DNA of 64,000 nucleotides, taken from Eledone cirrhosa (lineage: Eukaryota). The notes under the pieces are model-generated. The model ran no database searches, was not told where the DNA came from, and saw only the letters and a list, made by a program, of their open reading frames with translations. Below, in pieces: positions 29,551 through 40,647 of this stretch (positions are counted from its first letter, which is position 1; every line of letters starts with the position of its first letter). Location of the stretch: assembly GCA_964016885.1 (NCBI GenBank), contig OZ024760.1, positions 7,874,001-7,938,000 on the forward strand, written 5' to 3'. The position numbers and the translations under genes are program-made.

Positions 29551-29811
29551 AAAGGATTTGAACATCTGAAACTACTTCGCTTTTCCTTATTCTATATATA
29601 TATATATTAATTCAAAATATTAACAAAATAGATATTCTTGTGATCAATTATGTTTTATTATACATATTTCAGAGGTACTGGTTAAGTTCAACAGTACGTC
29701 CTTATCAGATAAAATAAATGATACATGACATACCCTGACATAGTAGATGGTTAAGATTTACCATGACTAAATCTTAACCATCTACTATGTCAGGGTATGT
29801 CATGTATCATT

Positions 29812-29878
29812 TATTTTATCTGATAAGGACGTACTGTTGAACTTAACTCAGTACCTCTGAAATATGTATAATAAAATA
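29812..29878 (+). ncRNA. Hammerhead-like motif with CUGAUAA core variant; inverted copy at 29651-29716
   Basis: TATTTTAT-CTGATAA-ggacGTACTG...CAGTACctct-GAAA-TATGTA-TA-ATAAAATA. Confidence 0.55.
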
Positions 29879-30011
29879 TAATTGATCACAAGAATATCTA
29901 TTTTGTTAATATTTTGAATTAATATTAATAACTCTGGAAAACCTTTTCTGTTGAGTGCTTCCAATCTATTCTAAAACTCATTCTTTGATGTATTCAATGA
30001 ACCTTGTTTAA

Positions 30012-30051
<40 letters not shown>

Positions 30052-30188
30052 TACATTATTCCGGATTGAATCGGAGGTAACCACAGTAAGTAAGGTACTC
30101 AATACATTGCAGAGTATAGAAGTTTTAATATAGATGAGATTCTACAGGACTAGAACTGTTTCATTCTTTAGAAACCATCAGGAATCTC

Positions 30189-30239
30189 AGATTCCTGATG
30201 ATTTCTAAAGAATGAAACAGTTCTAGTCCTGTAGAATCT
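30189..30239 (+). ncRNA. Type I hammerhead ribozyme motif (complete)
   Basis: AGATTC-CTGATGA-TTTC taaa GAAT-GAAA-CAG ttctagtc CTG-TA-GAATCT. Stem I is 6 bp, stem III is ACAG/CTGT, and the cleavage triplet is GUA. Confidence 0.78.
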
Positions 30240-30243
30240 CATC

Positions 30244-30274
<31 letters not shown>

Positions 30275-30546
30275 TGACTTTTGCCAAATCAGACCGAGGA
30301 ATCAATATTCCCAATTGTCTTTCCAATTTCTAATACTCTATCGGTCGTAACTCCAGGTAGAAGCAGCAATGTGAAATAAAGTGTCTTGCTTAAGGACATA
30401 ATGCATCGCCCAGTCGAGGAATCAAACTCACAACCTCATAATTGTGAATCCAATTCTCTTACCACTCACCTTCACAATATATATATATATATATATATGT
30501 ACATATATACATTTGTATATATATATATATATATACATATACATAT

Positions 30547-30888
30547 GGAGGCACATGGCTTAGTGGTTAGAGCATTGGCCTTGCAATCGAAAGGTTGTGA
30601 GTTCAATTCTCAGACCGGGTGATGTGTTGTTTCCTTGAGCAAGACACTTTATTTCACATTGCTCCAGTTTACTCAGCTGTAGAAATGAGATGATAGGGAC
30701 CCCAGTCCCTATCATTCCACTGCAAAGTGGTCGTGGAGGTGCCATGGCAAAAAAGCACCCAGCACTCACTGTAAATGAGGTTGGTGTTAGGAAGGGCATC
30801 CAGCTGTAGAAATCAAGCCAGAATCAGTTCCCGTCCCACCCGTGCAAGCAGGGAAAAGCGGACGTAAAATGATGATGATGATGATGAT
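30547..30888 (+). mobile_element. tRNA-derived CORE-like SINE, family A, with RTE-type (GAT)n tail
   Basis: A box TGGCTTAGTGG, B-box-like GAGTTCAATTC, core CCTTGAGCAAGACACTT. The tail GCAAGCAGGGAAAAGCGGACGTAAAATGATGAT is shared with the RTE LINE. Confidence 0.88.
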
Positions 30889-30917
30889 ATATACATATGT
30901 ATATATGTATATATATA

Positions 30918-30952
<35 letters not shown>

Positions 30953-30956
<4 letters not shown>

Positions 30957-31296
30957 TCATCATCATCATCATCATTTTACGTCCGCTTTTTCTCTGCTTG
31001 CAAGGGTGGGACGGGAACTGATTCTGGCTTGATTTCTACAGCTGGATGCCCTTCCTAACACCAACCTCATTTACAGTGAGTGCTGGGTGCTTTTTTGCCG
31101 TGGCACCTCCACGACCACTTTGCAGTAGAATGATATGGACCCCAGTCCCTATCATCTCATTTCTACAGCTGAGTAAACTGGAGCAATGTGAAATAAAGTG
31201 TCTTGCTCAGGGAAACAACACATCACTCGGTCTGAGAATTGAACTCACAACCTTTCGATTGCAAGGCCAATGCTCTAACCACTAAGCCATGTGCCT
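30953..31296 (-). mobile_element. SINE family A copy
   Basis: Near-identical reverse complement of 30547-30888. Confidence 0.88.
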
Positions 31297-31322
31297 TAGT
31301 AGTTATATATATAAACATATAT

Positions 31323-31363
<41 letters not shown>

Positions 31364-31416
31364 TATATAGTATGTATATGTATATATGTATATGTATATA
31401 TGTATATATATATGTG

Positions 31417-31447
<31 letters not shown>

Positions 31448-31690
31448 GCATACATCTTTTTATTTTTACAACAGTTTTTGTTGACACTAGATACAAATAG
31501 AACAGATAATGTGGAATAAAAGTATAAATAAATAAATAAAACAGGTCAGGTCAGGTCAGAAGTGAACTGGAGCAATAGCCCCCCCCCCCACCCTCTCAGA
31601 GAAATCCCTCCCAGCCTCTTCCCTGAAAAAAGACCCCAACCTAATCTAAGACATTGATTACTGGAATGGAATGTAACCAAATAGTGATAA

Positions 31691-32980
31691 GTTGGTGTTG
31701 TTGTTGTTGTTGATGGTGGTGTCGTTGTTGTTGTTGTTGTTGTTGTTGTTGGTGTTGTTGTTGTTGTTGGTGTTGGTGGTGGTGGTGTTGTTGTTGTTGG
31801 TGGTGTTGTTGTTGTTGGTGTTGGTGGTGGTGTTGTTGGTGGTGGTGTTGTTGGTGTTGGTGGTGGTGTTGTTGGTGGTGGTGTTGTTGTTGGTGTTGTT
31901 GGTGTTGGTGTTGTTGGTGGTGTTGTTGTTGTTGGTGTTGGTGGTGGTGTTGTTGTTGGTGGTGGTGTTGTTGGTGGTGGTGTTGTTGTTGTTGGTGTTG
32001 ATGTTCTTGGTGGTGGTGTTGTTGTCGTTGGTGTTGGTGGTGGTGTTGTTGTTGTTGGTGTTGGTGGTGGTGGTGTTGTTGTTGTTGTTGTTGGTGTTGT
32101 TGTTGTTGTTGTTGGTGTTGGTGGTGGTGGTGTTGTTGTTGTTGGTGTTGTTGTTGTTGGTGTTGTTGGTGTTGGTGGTGATGTTCTTGGTGGTGTTGTT
32201 GTTGTTGGTGTTGTTGTTGTTGTTATTGGTGGTGTTGTTGTTGTTGTTGTTGTTGTTGTTGGTGTTGTTGGTGTTGTTGGTGATGTTCTTGGTGGTGTTG
32301 TTGTTGTTGGTGTTGGTGTTGTTGTTGTTGTTGGTGTTGGTGGTGGTGGTGTTGTTGTTGTTGTTGGTGTTGTTGGTGTTGGTGTTGCTGTTGTTGGTGT
32401 TGTTGTTGTTGGTGTTGTTGGTGGTGGTGTTGTTGTTGTTGGTGTTGGTGGTGGTGGTGTTGTTGTTGTTGTTGGTGTTGTTGGTGTTGGTGTTGTTGGT
32501 GTTGTTGGTGGTGGTGTTGTTGTTGTTGGTGTTGGTGGTGGTGGTGTTGTTGTTGTTGTTGGTGTTGTTGGTGTTGGTGTTGCTGTTGTTGGTGTTGGTG
32601 TTGTTGTTGTTGGTGTTGTTGTTGTTGGTGTTGTTGTTGTTGGTGTTGTTGTTGTTGTTGTTGTTGTTGGTGTTGTTGGTGTTGTTGTTGGTGGTGATGT
32701 TCTTGGTGGTGGTGTTGTTGGTGGTGGTGGTGGTGTTGTTGTTGTTGGTGTTGTTGTAGTAGTGTTGTTGTAGTAGTGTTGTTGGTGGTGTTATTGTTGG
32801 TGGTGTTGTTGTTGTTGGTGTTGTTGTGGTAGTGTTTTTGGTGGTGCTTTTTTTTCTCCTCCTCCTCCTCCTTCTTTCTTCTTCTTCGTTGTTGTTGTTG
32901 TTCTTCTTCTTCTTCTTCCCCTTCACCTCCTCTTCCTCTCTTCTTCTTCTTCATTGTTGTTGTTCTCCTCCTCCTCCTAT
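31691..32980. repeat. (GTT/GGT)n trinucleotide tract ending in CTT/CCT
   Basis: Direct inspection. Confidence 0.97.
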
Positions 32981-33369
32981 TTTGTTGTTGTTGACATTAA
33001 GGTAGTGGTTTGCCCCATACTCCTGGGAGGGCCAAAAGGGGACGGATCCTTATACACACCTTACACAGGGTCCTGTCAGAAGCAACTATCTCCAAATGAT
33101 CCAGCTGCTGGGATCAACCAAGCAGCTGGATGTTATCTAACCATCTTTCTTGTAGTCTACCCCTCACTCACCTGCCAGTTGGGTTTTGCCTGTAAAGTCT
33201 GTCCAATGATTATTTCCTTAGACAGTCTAACTACATGTCCATAATATTGGGGCTGTGTCAACTAAAACCCTTCAAATGTGTGTGTGGGGTGTGTGTGTGT
33301 GGGGGGGGGGGTACGCTAGCACAGCTTCAGTCCCATGACAAAAACCCCCAAAGGAGGAAGGTACCACTG

Positions 33370-33822
33370 TATCACAGCTTCAGTCCAATGACTGAAACCC
33401 TTCAGGGCCACCCTATGCCAGCTATAGTTCTATGACTGGAATGGAACCCTTCGAGGGATAAGAGGGGTACTACTTTATCACAGCTTCAGTGCCATGACTG
33501 AAACCCTTCAGGGCCACCCTATGCCAGCTATAGTTCTATGACTGGAATGGAACCCTTCGAGGGATAAGAGGGGTACTACTTTATCACAGCTTCAGTGCCA
33601 TGACTGAAACCCTTCAGGGCCACCCTATGCCAGCTATAGTTCTATGACTGGAATGGAACCCTTCGAGGGATAAGAGGGGTACTACTTTATCACAGCTTCA
33701 GTGCCATGACTGAAACCCTTCAGGGCCACCCTATGCCAGCTATAGCTCTATGACTGGAATGGAACCCTTCGAGGGATAAGAGGGGTACTACTTTATCACA
33801 GCTTCAGTGCCATGACTGAAAC
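33370..33822. repeat. ~107-bp minisatellite (4 units)
   Basis: CACAGCTTCAGTGCCATGACTGAAACCCTTCAGGGCCACC...GGGGTACTACTTTAT repeated. Confidence 0.92.
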
Positions 33823-34874
33823 CAATAAAAGAATAAAAGAGTTTATCAGTAGAACAAACATGAAACATCAATTTTATTTGCCTCACAAAATCAGTGACCT
33901 TCATTTACTTAAAACCTTTCATTACCATATTTTTAATGAAAGACACTGTCTATGTCATTAACCCCTTCATTACCATATTTCTAATAAAAGACACTGCCTA
34001 GGTCATTAAACCTTTCATTACCATATTCCCAATGAAAAACACTGTCTATGATTCTCAAATAACTTTGAAAATAGTCAAGATTTTGGATGAAATTGGTAAT
34101 ATAACCAACATTCTCAATAATAAATTGGTGTTTGGAACATTAGTTAAGAAAATTTTCTAACATAAAATCATGATTTTATGTTAGAAAATTTAAACTCTTT
34201 ATCTTAAAAGGTCTCATCATAATCTTATTTAAGAACGTTTGTTAAGTTATGTTCTAAACACAAGCTTAATAATGAGAAAATTAGTTATACAGTTAAATTC
34301 CATTATAACAAAATTCACGAGGTATAAAAAGAAATTTGTTCTAGTGAAAAATTCTTTATAATGAGATCGACAGAAACAAATTGACCGGTTGTTTGTTACT
34401 GCTTAGGGGATTGAAAAAAATTTCGTTATACTGAAAAATTCGTTAAAATGGTATTTTACCTGTATTACTAAATCCCTCCAAATTATTGGTTATTTTCAAA
34501 ATTATTTGAAAATTACAAGCCAGTGTCATTCATTAGAAATATGGTTACAAAAGAGTTAGAGCAAACTGTTTTGTACCATAGAATTAGGGACAGTTTTGGG
34601 TAGTTTGGTAGCAAAAATTATGTTCGAGACACCAGCTTAATAATGAGAAAATTATATTACTAAATTCCTTCAAATTATTTGTTATTCAACAAATTATTTG
34701 AAAATAATAAGCAGCATCTTTCATTAAAATTTCAGTAACAAAAACATATAAACCAACAGTTTAGTATCATAGAACCAGGGTCAGATTCTGGTGGTTTGGT
34801 AGCAAATGGTTTAAGAAGCTGAACCAAAATTTTTTCTTCAGCATCACAGACTGAGTAAACGTTTGGTTGAGGTA

Positions 34875-35141
34875 TTAACTAAAAAAACTTTGTATTCTAA
34901 CAACTACTTCTCGACTGAGGCCACAGTCAAACAAGTCTTGTTCCGTGGCCAATGTGAGTTTCTTCAGACTTCCAATTCCATCTTGTACTAGGTTAATTTC
35001 TTCATGGCTCAACTTCAACATCTTTAGTGTTTCATGCATTAAAGTCACACTGGATTTGAAAGAAGCCTGGATTCCTTCAAGTCTGTCTTTAAGAACTTGA
35101 CAAACAGGTTTACACATTACTTTTGCAATGTTTAACATTGC
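34875..35141 (-). CDS. SPO16: SPO16/SCRE-like exon 2 with HhH-like C-terminus and stop
   Basis: tttttacAG acceptor. AMLNIAKVMCKP resembles LMCTIAKTTSKP, followed by GIGSLKKLTLATEQDLFDCGLSREVVVRIQSFF (HhH-like) and TAA. The spliced protein is about 260 aa. Confidence 0.85.
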   Translation of the reverse strand, partial: AMLNIAKVMCKPVCQVLKDRLEGIQASFKSSVTLMHETLKMLKLSHEEINLVQDGIGSLKKLTLATEQDLFDCGLSREVVVRIQSFFS

Positions 35142-35351
35142 CTGTAAAAAAAAAAGAAAATAATATATATATATAAAGAGAGAAAGAGAGAGAGGAGAGA
35201 GGGGGAGAGAGAGAGATTATAGTAGTGATCAGATTTCATTAGGGGAAATTGAAGACTGTGTCAACATGCAGTAGTTTTTTATTCAACAAGTGAATCCCAT
35301 CGGATTAGCAACTCTAGATATTGCTCACCTGTTCATTGGTGAAACATGTGT

Positions 35352-35700
35352 AATCATCATCATCATCATCATCATTTTACATCCGCTTTTTCCCTGCTTG
35401 CAAGGGTGGGACGGGAACTGATTCTGGCTTGATTTCTACAGCTGGATGCCCTTCCAAACACCAACCTCATTTACAGTGAATGCTGGGTGCCTTTTTTTCC
35501 ATGGCACCTCCACGACCACTTTGCAGTGGAATGATAGGGACCCCAGTCCCTATCATTTCATTTCTACAGCTGAGTAAACTGGAGCAATGTGAAATAAAGT
35601 GTCTTGCTCAAGGAAACAACACATCACCCGGTCTGAGAATTGAACTCACAACCCTTTCGATTGCAAGGCCAATGCTCTAACCACTAAGCCATGTGCCTCC
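35352..35700 (-). mobile_element. SINE family A copy
   Basis: Same head, core and tail as 30547-30888. Confidence 0.88.
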
Positions 35701-35892
35701 ATATATATATATCATATGTGCCTTTATATATATATAAATATGGCTATACTCTAACATTGAGTACCATTTTTAACTTTGGTCACATCCTGATATACACCGG
35801 GAACCCACATATATTAGTAGAGTATAAGAATAGTTATTTTTATTTTATTATAGAAATGCCTTGTACATGACTAGAATTGTTTCATTCATAAG

Positions 35893-35923
<31 letters not shown>

Positions 35924-36580
35924 TTTACGTCCGCTTTTCCCTGTTTGCAAGGGTGGGACAGGTCTTATTCAGCACAGCATCTCTCCACTCGTCAATATAT
36001 ATATATATATATCATCATCATCATCATCACCGTTTAACGTCCGTGTTCCACGCTTGCATGGGTTTGGACGGGGGTAGTCCCACTTGAGGCAAGAGTGATT
36101 GTCTTGCTCGCATAGGACAGTCTGGCAGGTTTTCTACAGTTGGATGCCCTTCCTAACACCAACCACATTTACAGTGTGGGGCTGGGAGGTTTTTACCGTG
36201 TTGCCTACACGGCCACATTACAGCGTGGACTGTGTGTTTTTTTGTCGTGACACCTACACGATCTCATTTGTTTCGGCCTGGATGGTGTGGCACCAACACA
36301 ACTTTACATAGAACGGGGTGGCGTGGATGGGTTGGGGGGTGGTGGGACGGGGGGGGGGGGTATTTTGTTAGATGCCTACTGGCTGTAGTAGGTTTTACTA
36401 TGTATTTAGGTAAGGCGGGTCTTCTCTGTTACTGAGTACCGCCAAAGGTCTCGGTCCAGTGACATTGTCTTGGAGAGGTGTAAGTGTGTGAGGTCGGAGT
36501 TTATCAGCTCGTCCCAGGTTTTTCTAGGTCTGCCTATATTCGTCCAAATCCATGCAAACGTGGATGATGGACGTTAAACG

Positions 36581-36614
<34 letters not shown>

Positions 36615-36795
36615 GCCAGCCTACCTACCTTTCTATCTGTCTGTCCGACTGTCACTCTATAGTTATCTATTTATGCATATTTACCAATGTATCTATCTTT
36701 GGAGCAGAACAAGAAAGTACAAATCCCAACAGCAATCCAAAGCTAGACAGATAGACAGATAGAAAGACATATAGGTAGAACAAAGTCATCTAACC

Positions 36796-37063
36796 CAGGG
36801 GTTCTCAACCTTTTTTTCGCTGTGGACCACCAAAATAAGTAATTATTTCCTGTGGACCACCTAAATTTTAAAATCTTTTGTAATAGAATCTTTTGAATTA
36901 TAAAATGCTATTATCATGTCGCAGTGCCTAAAAATCTACGCCAATAAACAGCTGAAGTCGTACTTATGCGAAGAATAAGAACAGCGCTTTAAGTCAAATA
37001 CATGGGTCAAAAAAGAATTTTCTATTGAACATTTTCTGTGGACCACCAGGTTGAGAACCCCTG
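36796..37063. mobile_element. hAT (Charlie-like) MITE
   Basis: TIRs CAGGGGTTCTCAACCT / AGGTTGAGAACCCCTG; 8-bp TSD ATCTAACC / GTCTAACC. Confidence 0.88.
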
Positions 37064-37667
37064 GTCTAACCCATGCTAGCGTGGAAGATAGACGTTAAAC
37101 GATGATGATGATGATGATAGCTGTAGAAAGCCTGCTACACAAGTTTTGGTGCCATGATAAAATGGACTCGGTAGAGCGTAGGTTGATATGTCAGCCTCTA
37201 TCCCCCACCCCTGGAGGCCTGGAGGCCAGAGGCTCTGTGTGAGTATTGACCAATCTGGGACAACATGACCAACTCTTGCTATCTGGGAAAACGGAGATGA
37301 TGGTGTGTGTGTGTGTATTTGTATGTTTGTATGCTCATGTCTGTGTGTATGTGCATGTGTGTGTGTGTGTGTCTGTGTTTGTGTGTGTGTACTTGTGTGA
37401 GTATTTGTGTGTGTGTATGTGCGCATGCGTATGTGTCTTTGTATCTGCGTCTGTCTGTCTCACTCTCTCTCTCTCTCTGTATATATATGTATGTGTATGT
37501 ATGTATGTGTATGTGTATGTACGTGTATATGTACTTATGTGCATGTGTGTGTAGATGTGTGTGTGTAAATGAATATGTATGTATATATATATGTGTGTGT
37601 GTGTATATGTATGTGTGTATATGTATTTATGTGTGTATGTGTATATGCATATATGCATATGTATATG

Positions 37668-37702
<35 letters not shown>

Positions 37703-37755
37703 ATGTATTTGTGTATATGTATATATGTGTGTGTGTATATGTATGTATGCATATG

Positions 37756-37806
<51 letters not shown>

Positions 37807-37881
37807 ATGTATATGTATGTGTGTATATGTATATATGTGTGTATGTGTATATGCATGTATGCATATGTATATATATATATA

Positions 37882-39713
37882 TATTGTTATACTTGGGGAG
37901 GGTCATATTTGTGTAATATTGCCAGAATTAATAACAGAACACACTCCTTAATGAAAGCTCCATAGACCTCATCATGTACTCTCGTTATGTAGACGATATC
38001 AATATAGTTATAAGAACACCCCCACTAGAGAGCACTAACAAGTTTGATTTAGAACGTAGCACGATGGAAAGCATCCAGCAGATAGCTAATTCCATACACC
38101 AGAGTATAACTGTAACTATCGACTTCCCTTCCAAACACCCTAACAATAGACTACCTGTATTAGACACAGAACTCTGGATTAACACTATAGACGAGAGAGC
38201 CCAAATTCTCCACTCACACTATGCTAAACCCATGGCCTCCAAATACCTGATACTCAAAAACTCAGCAATGTCCAGTAGTGCTAAGTTTAATATTCTGATC
38301 GCAGATTTGGTACGAGTGATGAAGAATGTGTCCCGCATGTGCGACCCAACAGAAATGGAAAGACACATCCAACACTTCATCAACCGCATGCAGTTCTCTA
38401 GCTTCAACCAAAGAGACAGAGTCAGAGTATACGAAGGAGCCATGGAAAAATATAAGACCCTCATAGAACTGGACATGAAAGGAATTTGCCCATTATACAG
38501 GAACAAATCATGGAATAGCTTAGATAGGGCTAGACATAAGATAGGGAAGGCCACATCATGGTACGACAACCAGAGATACCAGAGTGTCATGTTTGTGGAC
38601 GCCACTCCTGGAGGGAAATTAGCTAACCAGTGTAGAAAGGCCCTGAGAAAGACCCACTTAAAAATAAAGGTGGTAGAAAAGCCAGGAACCACCATAAAAT
38701 CCCTGATCAGCAAAACCTACCCTTTTAAGAAAACCCACTGTACCAATAGGAAATGTATCATATGTAAGGTGAACCCCCGGATAAACTGTAAAACTAGAAA
38801 CGTAGTCTATAGTATAAGATGTACAGAGGGTACTTGCAGAAACATGACAACAACATACATAGGTGAGACAGCTCGTAGCATAGGTGAAAGGATAGACCAA
38901 CACTGGGGGGAACTAAAAGGACGAAAAAACGGGTCAGTACTATACGAACATGCTAGACAACAACATGACGGTAACATAGACAGCATAGAAATTAGAATAA
39001 TATCTAAACATAGGAATGACCCAGCAGATAGGCAAATCAGAGAGGCCAGTGAAATAGAAATTAGAAGACCAAAGCTAAACAGAAAGAATGAGTGGAACAA
39101 CAACAACACCCAAACAAACAACACTGACCTAAGAGAAGTATAAATAAGTAAATGAAATAAAATAAAATAAGATAAATAAATACATACACAAGCACAATAA
39201 CAACAAGCACATAAACACACACTAGTCACCCAGCAGACACAACACTATACACACTAGTCACACATCACACATAACACTATACACACACGCAAACGCATGC
39301 GCAAAGAAGACAAAATAAAATAAGATAAACAAACAAGCAAATAAATAAATAAATATATAGACAGACTGAACAAAAAAAATGGCGTAGACATACAACACCA
39401 CTGACGATGTTGCAGATGTGCAACGAAAGATTTATGTAAATTATGTAAACTATATATATATATATGTGTTTGTGTCTATATTGTATCTGTATTATTTTTG
39501 ACCGCCGGTCAGTCAATGGCAACATTGAGGACCGAGTAAGTTAGATCGCAGATATAATAAAAGACAGCGAGAAGCGAAAACCAACCAAAGAGTGAGTGTG
39601 TTCTGTTATTAATTCTGGCAATATTACGCAAATATGACCCTCCCCAAATATAACTATATTTGTTTCGACACACGATTTCATATAAAAAACCTCGCAAAAC
39701 TAATTCATCGCCG

Positions 39714-39715
<2 letters not shown>
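37882..39715 (+). mobile_element. Penelope-like element of a second clade: RT C-terminus plus GIY-YIG, 3' pseudo-LTR with hammerhead core, inverted terminal segment at the 5' end
   Basis: Open ORF 37974-39143 with RYVDDI, LPVLD, NVVYSIRC..YIGETARS..ER..H. 37882-37946 is the reverse complement of 39593-39658. CTGACGA..GAAA at 39401-39428. Flanked by (TA)n. Confidence 0.92.
39393..39445 (+). ncRNA. Hammerhead core in the Penelope pseudo-LTR (stem I 3' strand disrupted)
   Basis: CTGACGA-T-GTTGCA gatg TGCAAC-GAAA-GATTTATGTAAAT. Confidence 0.6.
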
Positions 39716-39756
<41 letters not shown>

Positions 39757-39904
39757 GAAAGGTTGACATGGTTATATACCTAAGTGGACTGCATTTAACT
39801 ATTATTTGTTACCCCGTATTACCCCGTATATATATATATATATGTGTGTGTAAATGTGTGTGTATACGTTTATGTATGTGTGTGTGTATGTGTATATGCA
39901 TGTA

Positions 39905-39973
<69 letters not shown>

Positions 39974-40131
39974 AAATGTGTGTGTATACGTTTATGTATG
40001 TATGTGTGTGTGTGTATATGTACATATGTATGTATGTGTATATGTACATATGTATGTATGTGTGTGTGTACATATGTATGTATGTGTGTGTGTATATGTA
40101 CATATGTATGTATGTGTGTGTACATACGTAC

Positions 40132-40647
40132 TTCCACCACCAGCTGACTGCTGTTATTAGAGACGGGTATGACTTGCAAGCGACTTTCTAGAAACCTCAT
40201 CTGTATATTCTGCAGAACTTCAGAGACTGATGCGTCCATCACAGAATACCTTAAGATTACGAAACATTTTCGATGGAGTTTGGAAAATTTCTCCATTCTG
40301 TTGAGTAGTTCTGTGCTTCTTTCATCGTCGCAACAGCTGCCGTCTTCTTCTTCTTCCAGTTGGTGTTGGTGGTGGTGGTGATCATCGTCGCCAGCGGTGA
40401 AGGCCAGTCTGGCAGAGACGCTATGTTGGAATGTCTGTCGTCTGCTAGGGAAGAGGAAAGCATCGTAGCTAACGATCAAGAAAGCTACGGACGACGAAGG
40501 AAATATACAGCTGTCTTTGATGACCGTGCTACTGAAACGAATGAAATAATTGGAGTCGCGTAACAAGGCGACAATGTCACTGTTCGACAATGATTGGTGA
40601 ATAATGACAGGTTTCGCTTGTTGACTTCGATCTTCTTGGAAATTCAT
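40132..40647 (-). CDS. SPO16: SPO16/SCRE (C1orf146)-like meiotic protein, exon 1; nested antisense gene
   Basis: PVIIHQSL..IRFSSTV..DSCIFPSSSVAFL..LLNRMEKFSKLHRKCFVIL..IQMRFLESRLQVIPVSN resembles, from recall, human C1orf146 (TIIISSSL..VRYSDSV..SIIFSLSGVAFL..IEKFINIHQNSFLVL..IQQRFLGCNLRILPVHN). ATG at 40647, GTACGT donor, phase 0. Confidence 0.85.

Noticed and set aside
30547-30620. tRNA-like sequence with A/B boxes
   Set aside because: It is the head of a multi-copy SINE, lacks a proper cloverleaf and continues into SINE core and tail.
31658-32954. Poly-N/T, poly-Q/H and poly-L/V ORFs
   Set aside because: Trinucleotide tract open in several frames, with no splice or homology support.
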